Of a stretch of 49,553 nt of DNA, positions 12,971 through 26,007 are shown piece by piece. Numbering within the stretch: position 1 is the first letter of the stretch; the number at the start of each line of letters is the position of its first letter. The stretch covers positions 1-49,553 of the forward strand of contig MQRK01170520.1 of NCBI GenBank assembly GCA_001938485.1, read 5' to 3'. The notes beneath the pieces are model-generated. The model had not been told where the DNA came from, did no database searches, and worked only from the letters and a program-made list of their open reading frames with translations. Both the position numbers and the translations under genes were made by a program. This stretch comes from Girardia tigrina (lineage: Eukaryota).

Positions 12971-13520
12971 ATCTCGCCTGAATAATTTATTATTTTTAAT
13001 TTAAATGCTAAAATATTTTTATATTAATATGCTTATTCAATATTGTAAAATTAAAAATGATGTAATAAAACAATTATTAAAAATCAAAAACGTTTTTAAA
13101 AATAAAATATTTTTAATGTGTTTTTAGATATTTTAAAAAAATTAAAAATGATATAATAAAAGAAAATCATAAAAAATAAAATATCTATTTAAAAATATCT
13201 TTTATGTATCTATTAAATATCTTAAAATTAAAAATGTCAAGAAAACAAAATTATTAAATATTTATTTATAAATAAAAATATTTTTAATAAGCAATTTTAA
13301 ATAAATTTTGAAATAAATTTTGAAAATAAAGTTTAAATAATTTTTGAAATAAATTTTCAGGATTTTAAAAATTAAATCGAAAAGAATTTAATAGATTAAT
13401 TTGGGGCGAGATAATTAAATTAACAGGAAAATTTGTTTTAAATATGTGAATTGTTATATAAATAAATTTTGGTGTTAAAAAATGAATCCTGATATTAAGG
13501 TTGCAACCACTTCTCACAAT
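12971..13520 (+). mobile_element. LTR, PBS-like motif and first gag codons of a truncated Gypsy copy (same family as 15810-19694, opposite orientation)
   Basis: Diverged reverse complement of ~19055-19694. Bounded by TATCTCGCC...GGCGAGATA, then TGGTGTTAA (13470-13478) and MNPDIKVATTSH, compared with MNSDIDVATTSH. Confidence 0.8.
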
Positions 13521-14156
13521 TACTATGAGATACTTCTGACATCAAAACTATTATACCACACAAAAAAATGTTTAAATCTAATATTTAAACAAATTATTAT
13601 TTTTTTGAGAAACAATTTGTTTTATAAATCTTAAATCGATATAAATAAAAATACTTTTAAATATTCAAATTTGATTTTTTCATTACTTTTTATAAATCAA
13701 TTTTAAATTACGATAACATTTTAAAATATTTATTCGTTTCATTTAATTTTATTAATTTTTTTAAAATCGTTCCAAATAAAAATTATACACTTTTTACTTT
13801 TTATATTATATTAAAAACTCTCAAAACATTTTTATTTTTAGCAATTTAATTGATCTTCTTAATTTTAGTAAATTAATTTTTTCAAACGTTACATATTTAA
13901 TTATATAAATAATTTAATTTCTACATACTTAATATAACCTTCTTTCAAAAATTTTCATAACATTTTTAATTCCTAACACAGTTGAAAATCTTTTTATTTG
14001 AATATACAATTCCACAATTAGAGTTAACACCAAATATCCCCCGATATTAAAACAACATATTTTTTAATGTTAAAAATCATATTTTCGTCCTTCCTAACTG
14101 TTAGGATTATAGTGAACTCGTTTAAATTTTTGAATTAAACAATGAAAGTTTCAAAT

Positions 14157-15800
14157 TGTAAAATGAGATGATTTTTTTCGATTTACAAAAAACTATATTA
14201 TTCAAACAAATTAGTATTAATCCAATTATTACACTCCCCATGATCTCCAGATCAAATCATATAATCGTCCAGATACTGAAGGGCTTCCGTACCCGCACCG
14301 GTCTTTCAGCTGAATCTGTAGTTGTCGGTCCACTCATTTCGTCTTCACTGTCTGAAATGCGATCATCGGAATCCACTAACATCAGTTGTCGATTGTCCAT
14401 GGATCAAATATATATCCCATATAGGATTGTCCTGATGTGGGATATATGCCTCGTGATTCCATCGTCGTCCAGCTTCACCCCAACTGTAGACTTCAACGTT
14501 GTAATGACATGCGGCCCCGTCCATGGTTCATCGCATTTCCCGCCGTAGCGTCATACTAATCAGCGTTGAGATGCACTTCGAAATAAATTTGCATTCATCC
14601 TGACGCTCATTTCGAATTATTGGCAGTCGAGACTTGGCATGGAACATCAATTAATAGGCCTCGCATCCCGGTGACCCGTCGTACTGTTCTACCAAAACAT
14701 ACATTCGCTGATCGGCATTGCAGATCTCGCCGCCATTTTCTTCATGGTGCGGTGATAGCTCTCGCACATCTCATTCCTTTGATGCCAATATGCTGCGGTG
14801 AACCCTTGCTCGATTCAACATTTATCTAGCAACCGTCTCACTGGGGCACTTCGGTAGACAGCCACATTATCGGAAAAGAAAAGTTTCGGTGGTCCAAATT
14901 CCGAGCATACGCTATCTATACGCCAACCTATTTCCTCGGCGGATACACTACGCAACTTTCTCCAAATACAAAATCTTGTTGCTGAATCTACTATGGTCAG
15001 ATACGCGACACTGTTGAAATAAGTCACATCGCTATAAAGTTGGTACCATATCTTGTCAGCTGACAATTGCCCATGCCGATACTCAATTCATGGGGCTGGA
15101 CAGATCTTCTAGCACTCAATACACTGCTTGAAAACTGCCTTAACTTGATCTGACTTTATTGCATTAGTCCCATATTTTTCCCTCAACAGTTCCCACGTAC
15201 TGTCGACTCCAAAGTGACAGATATCATGAATTTTCTTGATCTCATCAACACGTAGATACTGATTTGCTTCAATGACGTTTACTTCCACTTTCCTGTTTAG
15301 CCATTGTTTTGGAACCCTGGTCAAACAATCTGCCAAATTCAATTAAGATTTCACTAACTCCAGTTCAACTTCTAATTTTCTTGATCTTTCAAATCTCTGA
15401 TGATATCGAGTCTTCGGCGCACCAAATGTTCAGATAACGTGCGGGTTCTTGGATTGTGTGTATTCTTGAATACTGTCATGAGCAATCCATACACTGTTGC
15501 GGATGCATCATCAGCTTGAACTTATGAAAGCCCCAGGTTATTGCCAAGTTTATTCCACCTATGGCCGCATCCAGTTCACTCATATTAATATAGCTTGTAT
15601 CTTCTTCTTTCCTTAACCAAGCAGCGTCTTCAACGATATCACCGTTAACACACAGTAGTACGCACATTGCTATACTACTTGCATCTATCTAAATGAAAAC
15701 ATTATAACTGCAAATTATCACCCACTTGCATGTTGCTGGATCTCCATCCATCCTCAACCTTTGACAGATTTCATTAACTTTCTCTATGATGTCTTTCTAA
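14157..15800 (-). mobile_element. Gypsy-type pol 3' half (RNase H-integrase) with PPT and short 3' LTR remnant
   Basis: RNase H motif DIVEDAAWLRK..INMSELDA; NLADCLTR; integrase zinc motif IHDICHFG...C..C; core DVTYF..YLTIVDSATRF..FGPPK...SDN. GGGGAG is followed by TGTAA...TTACA (14157-14233). Confidence 0.85.
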
Positions 15801-15809
15801 AATTTATTT

Positions 15810-18800
15810 TAAAATTTATTTAAATTGCTTAATACTTCTATTAAAATATATAAATTGTTTTGACAATAAAAATATTTTTATTTATAAATAAATATTTAAT
15901 ATTTAATGGTTTTCTTATCATTTTTAATTTTAAGATATTTAATAGATACATTAAAAAGATATTATTTATTTTTAAATGGATATTAAATTTTTATGATTTT
16001 CTTTTATTATATCATTTTTAATTTTTTTCAAAATATTTAAAAAACATATTAAAAACATATTTTATTTTTAAATACGTATTTAATTTTTTAATAGTTGTTT
16101 TATTATATCATTTTTAATTTTAAAATATTGAATAAGCATATTAACATAAAAATATTTTACCTTTTAAAAAAATAATAAATTATTCTGGCGAAATATGCAA
16201 TAACTCTCTCACGTCCGTCCTTGTCTCTTTGGGATAATACTGCTCCAATCGTGTCGAAACTGACATCAGTGTCCAGTTTTATCTGTGACCTTGTATCTTT
16301 GGGATAATACTGCTCCAATCGTGTCGAAACTGATATCAGTGTCCAGTATAAATTCTTTCTGGAAGTCTGGGAATCCTAGAATCGGTAGTGATGTTAAAGC
16401 CTCTTTCATCTCTGTAAATGTTTCATCACATGCGTCTGTCCATAACAATTTCTTCTTGTTCAATCCACACAGTTCTTCCAATGTTTTGGCCTTTGTTGCG
16501 TAGTCCTTAATAAATCGTCTATAATAATTGCAAATACCAAAGAAACTTCTTAGATTCTTTACACATTTCGGTTTTTCAAATGTATTTATGGCTTCTAATT
16601 TAGATGGGTCCGTCTATATACATTTATCATTAATTACATGTCCCAAAAATTTAACTTCCGTTTTTAAGATATGGCACTTTTCCCGATTAATTCTTAAACT
16701 TGCTTTCTCAATTTGGTCAAATACTTTATCCAAAGTTTCATCATGTTGTTCCAATGATTTTTAAAATATAAGAATGTCATCTAAATATACCACTGTCTGT
16801 TCTATGCCTCCGGGCATCTTTGTCATGAGTTCCTGAAACGTTCCCGGTGCCGCTGCTCTATACAAAAGGCATTCTATTGAAACAAAATTGTCCTAGCTTT
16901 GTGGAAAATGCTGCTTTTAGCTTTGAATCTTCCTCTAGTTTGACCTGGTAGTATGCATTGCCTAAATCAATTGATGTGAAATATCTGGTTCCATATAAAT
17001 ACACAAATCATCGGTGTATTCCATGGTGAATTACATTTCTTAATAATGTTGTTTTCCCATAAATTCTTAATAGTCTCATCGATCTTTTCTTCCAGATTAA
17101 CTGGTTGCATATGTGGTCTAAGGTTAATTGGAGGTCTTTTCATGTATATTCTATGTTTAATCATCGTCGTACATCCAATATCCCATTTATCCGCCATATA
17201 AACTCCTTGATGTTTTTTAACAATATCCACAATCTTTAGTCTATATGCAATTTTCATAATTTCCATGGCTCTTTTGAATATTTCCTCGTTTGTAACCTTA
17301 TGTCCAAATTTTGCTTCTAAGTTACATACTTGATAAAATTGTTCGTTCACACCATTTTCTTTCTTTTTTTAATGTAACTCGATTCCAAACGCCATCTGCA
17401 ATTCTATTCCTCCTATTATGTCTGGTTTTACGTCATTTACTACAATGAACGTTATATTTCTCTGTTTTTCTTTAATTTCTACGTCCACTGAAAATTTACC
17501 CATACAATCTAGTTAACTACTGTTCGCACAGTTTAATTTAATATCAGCCTTTTCTAATTTTACGTTCGTTAGTTTCTCAAAAATCTTTCTGTGGATTACA
17601 TTTACTCTTGCACCTGTGTCTAATAAACAATCCTCCACGTTACCTTGTATTATCAACTTTATACTCGGCCTGTCTTGCATTCTATCATACGATATATTTT
17701 CTGCTTTCCATTCATCTATTGACAAAATCCTGACAATTTCTTTTGTGTTCTTTTCTTCAATTGTTCCCACTAAACTTCGTCCAAGCTTGTACTCAAAAGT
17801 TTCTTTCTTTATAAATTTCCGTACTTTATCATTTAATCTTGCTTCGCTTATCTCAACATTCCTTTCATTGTCTATCACTACGTCTATAATATTTGATATA
17901 TTACTTCTACTATAAATACCAATACTTGGGGAGTCGCTGGTATCCTTTAATTTATTTCCACGACTGACTCCACTCTAGTCGAGGCGTTGCCGTTTGGGTG
18001 TTCACTTCCTGTAACAGATTCTTCATATTCTTCTTCATTGTTATTCACGAATCTTCAATAATCTCCTAGTCTTTTGTCTTTTCTCTCTCTATATCTTTGT
18101 TGATTGTGGCCCGATCCTCGATAGTTATTGTCACCAGTATTTTACTACCGTCTTCTGCCATTTAAGTTTGTATAGCATTCATTTTAACTGTGACCTTTAT
18201 CTAGAAATCTTTTGCATTTGATGTTTGGACAGTTTCTTCTTACGTGTCCCTGTTGTCCACAACCATAACATTTTATTGATCTCCTTTCCGAACAATTTAT
18301 TATCATGTGTCCTTCTTTTCCACATCCGAAACACTTGATTGGTTTTCTTTGTCTACACGTTTCACTTGTGTGACATACTTTTTCACAATTTATACATTTG
18401 ACCGCTTTCATGTCTTGAGCGTATTCTGTAGTATTTCTACCAACCCCTGTCTGATTTTGTCCGTATTTACTTCTCCTGTTACTGCTTCTCTGTAACTCCG
18501 GCGTCTGTTTTGCATCCCCTCATCTCTTATTACATTCACGTCTTCTGTCACACTTTTGACGTCATGTAAAGCCTTTATCTTTTCCTTTATCTCATTTATT
18601 TCTTTCCCTTTGTTAAGTCTCACTTCCTTTTTTATGTCCACATCATCACAACAATATAACAATAATACTTCCGTGAGGACCTCTTTTGATAAGTCATATT
18701 TCAAGATCTTGGCTGCGAGTTTTTCTACTTTCTCAAAAAATACTTCCAGTATATCTTCCTTCATCCTGTACCGGCATGCCTCAGTCAGGTCTTCGAATAG

Positions 18801-19694
18801 TGAGGAAGTTCGAGAGAATGCCTTTCTCAATCGGTCTTTATAACCTACTATTGTCTTATCTACCGCTTTGTATCGATCTTTCAGATCTCTCTCCAACAAA
18901 CAAAACGACTATTGTCTCTTGTTTGGCCTTCGCTATTCCTGCAAAATTAAAGAATGTTTCACATTCTTCAATAAATGTCTCCACATTATCACCTTTCCTG
19001 TACTTTTCAGGTAACAGTTGACCCGTGAAAATATCCATTGCAGCGTTAGTCGCCATGTGAGAGGTGGTTGCAACATCAATATCCGAATTCATTTTTTTAA
19101 CACCAAACTTTATTTATATAACAACAATTCACATATTTAAAACAAATTTTTCTGTTAATTTAATAATCCAGCCACAAATTAATCTATTAAAATCTTTTTG
19201 ATTCAATTTTTAAAATCTTACAAATTTATTAAATACAATTTACATTAAAACTAAAAATTCTTGCAAATTTATCAAATACATTTCACATTAAAATCAAAAA
19301 TTTATTTTAAAATTTATTTAAATTGCTTAATACTTATATTAAAATATATAAATTGTTTTGACAATAAAAATATATTTATTTATAAATAAATATTTAATAT
19401 TTAATGGTTTTCTTATCATTTTTAATTTTAAGATATTTAATAGATACATTAAAAAGATATTTTTTATTTTTAAATGGATATTTAATTTTTTATGATTTTC
19501 TTTTATTATATCATTTTTAATTTTTTTCAAAATATTTAAAAAACATATTAAAAACATATTTTATTTTTAAATACGTATTTGATTTTTTAATAGTTGTTTT
19601 ATTATATCGTTTTTAATTTTAAAATATTGAATAAGCATATTAACATTAAAATATTTTATCTTTTAAAAAAATAATAAATTATTCTGGCGAGACA
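15810..19694 (-). mobile_element. Internally deleted Ty3/Gypsy element: 5' LTR (~19165-19694), gag-PR-RT-partial RNase H (16196-19092), truncated 3' LTR (15810-16195)
   Basis: 15810-16195 is nearly identical to 19310-19694. Gag has several CCHC knuckles; protease LLDTGA; RT CNSPWNTP, VYLDDIL; RNase H FILDTDISFDTIGAVLSQ. No integrase; many frameshifts. Confidence 0.9.
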
Positions 19695-20646
19695 AAAACA
19701 TAAAAAGTATGTTTGGTGTATGTATAGGTTTAGAAATTATTTTTCATATATTAAGTTATAATTAAAGGAAAGCACACGTTATTTATTGTATTTTCTACAT
19801 TTTAATTGATTTTTTAATTTTAGATTATGATTTATACTGAATTTTCAATTGAATGTCTAAATTTTCTCATTACCTAAAAGCTCCAGTATGTTTGATAGTA
19901 TTTTTTGTGTAGTCTATTGGATTTAGTTAAATTATTTAAGATTACGTTAGATACCGAATATAATGAAACTGATAAAATCTGTAATCATAATTGTATTTGC
20001 GAATGATTCTTCTGTGATGAGTGAATAAGAATAATTCTTTAATAATCCATGAATGTTTCATTTTGTTGTATGTCCACAGTTTCTAATTTTCATAGGTATG
20101 GTTTTTACTTCCATAAAATTCTAGCATTTTTTTCAAAATCTCAATTTAATTCTAACTTTTGAAAATATTCATTTTTATATTTAATATTTTTAATAAATTA
20201 AAATTACTTAAATATTTGGGACATAAAGAGAAACTCGAATATTTAATAACGTATAATCATATTAAAGATCATTATTTTAAAGGTATCATTTATTAACGAT
20301 TTATTTTCCATATTTCGTCTAAATTATTTTAGTGATATTTAATTTTCTTTTAAGTTCTTTTAATTTTCTTATGAAAGTCGAATGCCGAGTGTTTTGTAGG
20401 GAACTAAAATTTTGAGACAAATTAAAGTGAAATGAAGGCAAAAAGCGATTTTACTTTAAAAGATTTTATATACTTGAAATTTCGGTCTTCAAATTCTGAA
20501 ATGAAAAGTGATTTTATAAAGATTTTTAAAATCTTTCTTTGTGGCTGATTCTGGTGCTGACATTATCCAACGATGACGACGAAGTGTTAGAGGCTTTATC
20601 TAATAATTTTAAAGCAAGAATATAGAAAGTCATCAAGTTAAAGAAA

Positions 20647-21279
20647 GTGGAGAGAAGAGGAGATGAGAACACGATGCGATTAATTCTCCGAAGACTCAAA
20701 GAACACAGCTGCTCGATGGACGACTGCTATCGTCAATTCGCGGAGATCAAAGAATTGAATAGACATCTCCGGCGGGATCATATCGGAGCAGAGCCAATAC
20801 CGAGAAAAAAGAAACAGAAGACAGCCCAGCCACGACAGAAGAAAAGAGTATACAAGTGCCTTCATTGCCCAAATGAATACAACTGCGCAGGATGACTGAA
20901 GATCCTCTTACAGAAGAATCACTGAGAAGAATTAGAGCAATCCAACACCCAGAGGGATGAAAACTTGGTAAGAGAGGAAGAGGAAGAGTCGACAACAATC
21001 CAATCGAACCCTCAGTTTTTGGACGCAACTGTGGGTATGTCGGGGACCCAGAACGAACAAAACGCCGAAGAAACACACAGAGACTACCGATTACCCGAAA
21101 TGAAGGCAAAAGGAAAGTTTCAGTGTCCATTTCGCGGTTGTTACGCGTCCACCGTAACAGCTAAAGGCATGTATTGCCATGGTATCAAATTCCATGGTTG
21201 GTCATTCGTCACTGGAAAACCGACTGTTCAGAGGCGGAAAGCCCCTGACCTCGTAGGATGCCTATCAGGGTGCCCTTAA
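20647..21279 (+). pseudogene. Disrupted ORF with three C2H2-type zinc fingers, probably retroelement-derived
   Basis: ORFs 20647-20895 and 20965-21279 share one frame with two intervening stops. Fingers: CSMDDC...NRHLRRDH, CLHC...(degenerate), CPFRGC...CHGIKFH. GC content is higher than in the flanks. Confidence 0.55.
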
Positions 21280-21639
21280 GGACTTTAGTTTGGGTGGACT
21301 CTCTAAAGAGCCTTAGGCTCAATACCATTGAAAGAGATGGGAGGCCTACCATCTAATAATTTTGACCGAACTGATTTTGTGAAATAAATACTCAAAAATA
21401 TAAAGATTTAGTAGACAAACTGGAAACTCCATCCAGCGGCTGACATTTTATCTTTGGGAAAAATTGTTTTATTAGACAACCAATTCATTTTTTAACGAAC
21501 ACAAAAAGCATTCTTATAAATAAAGATAATGGGTCAATATAGTTATGATATAATTATTTTGTTAAAAAAAGAAATATGAAACAGTGTCTATACATAAGCA
21601 ATAAGTAAGCTACGTAAGTTTCAGGAAGAATGAAAATAC

Positions 21640-21790
21640 AGAGACCAGGAAGTATATATCATCTACATTGATCGTGGGAAGCTTTAGGATTGTACACAGG
21701 AAAATTTTGTTGTCATGCTTAAAAGACTGTGAATTCTAGCAGAGATTAAATACTGTCATTCAGACTTCATAGTTGTCATTGTATGCGGAG
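21640..21790 (+). mobile_element. Highly degraded non-LTR RT fragment
   Basis: YIIYIDRGKL*DC....VMLKRL*I resembles the FIDxxKAFD..LxxxGI motif. Confidence 0.3.
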
Positions 21791-23464
21791 TTTATAATAC
21801 ATCGAGGAGGATGTTTTATTATTTCTGGGTTATTGAAACCTGTTTTGATGAAAATTGAAAAAGAAAAAGTAAAAGAGAATTATTTTGGAATCGTTTTAGT
21901 GAAGAGAGTGATATTTTTAAAAGAAAGAAAAATTGTAAATAAATTGAATGGAATGTATTTGATAGAAGTAAATTAAAAAAACGGCGTAAAAAATTTTTCA
22001 TATAAATATTTAATGAAAGTCGCCATGATAGATTCGCAAATTATTTTGAATTAAATAAGGAATTTTGGTATAATTTGATTTTAAAATTTGACTGTCGGAG
22101 TTTCTTTTTTATGAAAAAAATGAATGATGGAAAAATCATGTTTCATTGATCGATAATAAATACGTTTTTTCGTCGATATTTTGAGTTCGAGGGGCCGATC
22201 GGAATGGCATAGCAAAAATTTGCGAATTCATTGATTGTTTGGTGCAATTTTACGACAGTGACGTCGAATGTGACATGATATTTAAGACGAATCAATAAGA
22301 TTATCGCCGTATTAAGCGACGACCGATTCCAATGTTTGATTCTCTTTCAAACGACTTCAGTGTGAAAGATAAAATTAAATTATTCCCCTCGACTCGAAAA
22401 CCCTCCACTCGCACCATGGTGTTGCAGCCACACTGGACACGCTATATCATCAATACAGATATCACAAGTTCAACGAGGAATGTAGAATTAATAAGATGTC
22501 CATTTTCTGAAACAGAATTTATATGCTTTTCGAGTTATTTCAAAATAGAAATATCGCAGGTAAATTTCGGCAATAAAAATAGTAGACTTTAAGAATGAAT
22601 TTTTTTATCTTGTTTGTATATTTTCATATGTCGTAGCTGTGATTGGGATATTTCATAAAGTATACGGAAGCAAAAATGAAATATCTGTATACAATTCAAA
22701 GTTCTGATATACTGAAAGAAAAGCTTATTGAATGTAACATATTACCGAAAAATTACTATCGGAGTGAGTGTTTTATGGCAACTAGGTTGGTTAGAAATAC
22801 TTAGTAATCTTGCAATTGAAGTGAGTGAATTGGGCACAATATTAACCAGAAAATATATTTAATTCTTTGAATACCAGAAACGGAAAGCAGTTGATTGCGC
22901 AAAAGTTGCGTCATTGATGTTAGGTTGAGTATTGACTTCTATTTTCTAAAATAAAGACAAGACAAAACCTCCAAATTTATTTTCATATTATCCAAAGTAA
23001 AATACATGTATTTAAACCAATTTTATTTTTACATTTTTTAGTTTCCAATATTTTTTTTAATTTAGGTTATAATACGAAATTTCAAGTAACATGATTTTTT
23101 TAATCTCTGCATTATTTTAAAATTAAAAAAATATCAACTTCAATCTCTGAAAATTGGCACAATTTTAATCGGATAAAATGAAAATCAGCGGACGTAAAAA
23201 GCAGCTGATATGAAAAAGAATAAATCAGGATAATTTAATGAACTTTGTTTCTGTGAGAGAAGCGGATGAATTCAAAGAAGGTCTAGACGAAACAACTCTG
23301 TTTCGAAAAGATTATAGATTCAAAAACCTGCTTAAATGTTTTATAAGTGAAAAAGTAATAGAGAAACAGAATATTGTTTTAATAATGTTTTAAACAGAAA
23401 TATTTTTTTAATTATAATTAAAAGATTTTTTATTGGGAATTTAAAAAATACTTATTATATTTCA

Positions 23465-23836
23465 TAAAAACAAAAACACGCCATTTGTTAAATTTATTTT
23501 TTACGACAATTAATTTCGACGGTATAACCGTCATCGTCAGGTCTCAAGAAAGAAATGAATTTTAAATCTGCTTATATAGACAAGCAGTGATTATGTCATC
23601 AATGGATTATTATGTCATCTAAACACACTTAATAAGGTTTTCGAGAGACCCTTTTGCACATTAATCTTAGGATCTAAAGATCTGATATAAAGTGCTTCAC
23701 AGGCCACCCTCTCCCAATAGTTTTTTCGTTTTAAAAATTAAAAATTTATTTAAAAATTTAAAAATTAATTAAATTTTAACAATTAATTAATTGTCGTAAA
23801 AAAATAAATTTAACAAATGGCGTGTTTTTGTTTTTA
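23465..23836 (-). mobile_element. 5'-truncated Penelope-like element with GIY-YIG C-terminus and inverted terminal arm
   Basis: Near-perfect ~50-bp inverted repeat (23465-23515 / 23785-23836). The minus strand encodes KNYWERVACEALYIRSLDPKINVQKGLSKTLLSVFR*, fitting the PLE endonuclease end R...EALxI....PxxN. TATA-like ctatataagc, hammerhead and AATAAA follow. Confidence 0.82.
23503..23545 (-). ncRNA. Minimal type I hammerhead ribozyme motif
   Basis: Minus strand GAGAC-CUGACGA-U-GACGG-uuaua-CCGUC-GAAA-UUAAUU-GUCGU. Stems I and II covary with the 7736-7779 copy. Confidence 0.75.
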
Positions 23837-26007
23837 AACATAATTTGCCATTATTTTTTTATTTTTTGAATTATATTTCATAAATTATGGTAAAAATGTA
23901 AAAAATTGTTTTATTATGAAATACAAAATTTCAGTAGCGTAAATTTGTTTTTAATCAAAAAAGGGATGTAGCATAATATTTTAATAATTGTGTTGATCTA
24001 CCTAAATATCTCTACAAAATTGACCGTTGTTATGATATCAGTTTTCCTACAACAATTTCTATTTATGCGTATTTTTGAACATGGGTAGGGTATCGTAAAT
24101 AAAATGTTGATATAAAGTCTTAAAACGAAGTATGAAGTCATTTCATGACCATCATTTCCTTTACAATATGTTGCTTCTATTTCTGGACTCGTTTCTCTAG
24201 AACAAGTCTTTGAATCTTTTGTGAAGGACGACCTAGACAACATTTTGGGATCTATTTTGAAGCCACAAACAAAAATGCAAAAATAATATCGAGAAACTAG
24301 TGAAAAGATTGTTTCAATGATATTTTCACATAATTATTTAATGATTTTATAATTAAAGTAATGTCGCTTATTTGTTTAAATGTTGATTACTTTGTTTTTA
24401 TGTGATAATAAAATAACTATATAAATTTATAAAGTTGTTAGAAAATATTCCTGAATGTAGTCGTATGAGACTCGGCAGCTGTGCAGAATTTCGATGATGT
24501 CGAGAGAGTACATAGCTATAATTAATGTAAGGAAAATGATAATCGTAATTTAGTAGACTTTTAATTAACGACTATTGATTTCCTGAGGACAACGAACACG
24601 TAACATTCGCATTTTCTGCGAGGTCGTGTTTGTCTCCTCAGATAAAATTTGACTAATGCACTTTACCTTTGAATTCTTCTTTTTTGAATTATAAGTTTTT
24701 GTAAAATAAATCTTACAGACGAAAGCTCAGCTGCTATTTTAGATTTTAAATGACATCTATTTCTTAAGCTACACTCGGGGATATTTTTAAGAACTCATCG
24801 TTTTATAAAGACTACTTTTTTAAAAAAAAGAAAAAAGTTTTATTATTGTTTAAATATAAATAATGAAGGTAAATTACTTCTGAAAAGTATATGCTTTATT
24901 GAGAACTTTATTATTATTATCATTATTAATTGGTTCGATTTCGAGATAATTATTTTCTTCAAATTAAAAAATAAGAATCAATTTCAAAGATTTATTAGTA
25001 TTACATAAATAAAATTAGTTAAACAAATTAATTACAAATAATTTTTAGTTATAATTTAATATTTAATTTTCTCACATCCTCCTTTCAAAAAAATTTCTTA
25101 GCTTTTCGATATTTTAATCGATCTTCATATTGTCCTTTTCAGAGACGGGTTAATATGTGAAACCGCGTCCGCAATACTGTTGACTTGATCGCCTTCGACG
25201 CCTTCGATGGCGACTGGATGACCAGCATCTATATTGTACAATCAATTACTCGATAAAGGTTGATGTTCAACCTGCCCCGTCCAGGCTATAAGTTTAATCA
25301 ACGTAGCAGTCGATTTATTCAATCGCCGGGTCGATAGCTCCGTCTCGACAGTTTTTTCTATGTGGTATTTAATGAGAACGAGAATTTTCGATAAACTTAT
25401 TTATACATGATGTAGTATAGAATTGATCCTCCATATTCCACCACTAATCAGATTGGTTTTTTTTTGTAATTTGAATTAGTATGCTTGTTTATTTTTTAAT
25501 TCACATAGTAAAAAAATTCTTTATTTTTGAATTTTTATGCTTTTAAGGAATCTTGAATTTTATGAATTTTGAAATTTTAATTTAATTTTGAATTTTTATT
25601 TTATTAATTATTAATGTAGTATTTTGATTTTTATTAATTTAGTTTTTTTGAATTTTAAATAATTTTTAATGTTGTGGAGTTGGTTTATACAAAACTCTGA
25701 AAAGTTCGAAGACGCGGTTGCTCTAGACACCGACGGGAGGCGTCGAGCGGCGACCGCGGCAAGATGAGGCGATGACCCCGTTATTGAGTCGACGTTGGCG
25801 GAAGCACGCCGTCTGTTCCCACATTGATTTGAAAGGATAGCCCGGCTCTCCGTGGCCGTCGGTGAACGGGCAGCAATCCTCTCGCTCGATAACACGTTCC
25901 TGAATGTAAGAGGAAAAAAGCGAACAGGTGAATCGTTCAACCAACCGAGTTGGGATGGCGGATTTTTGAACAGAGGGGCGGCCATCACGCCCAAACGGCC
26001 CGTCGTA

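Noticed and set aside
22630-24335. Exon-like segments with splice-like signals
   Set aside because: Several in-frame stops, no consistent gene model and no recognisable family.
25140-25400. Minus-strand fragment resembling a zinc-binding oxidoreductase C-terminus (SIADAVSH)
   Set aside because: Similarity too weak to name; treated as an unidentified piece of the mosaic.
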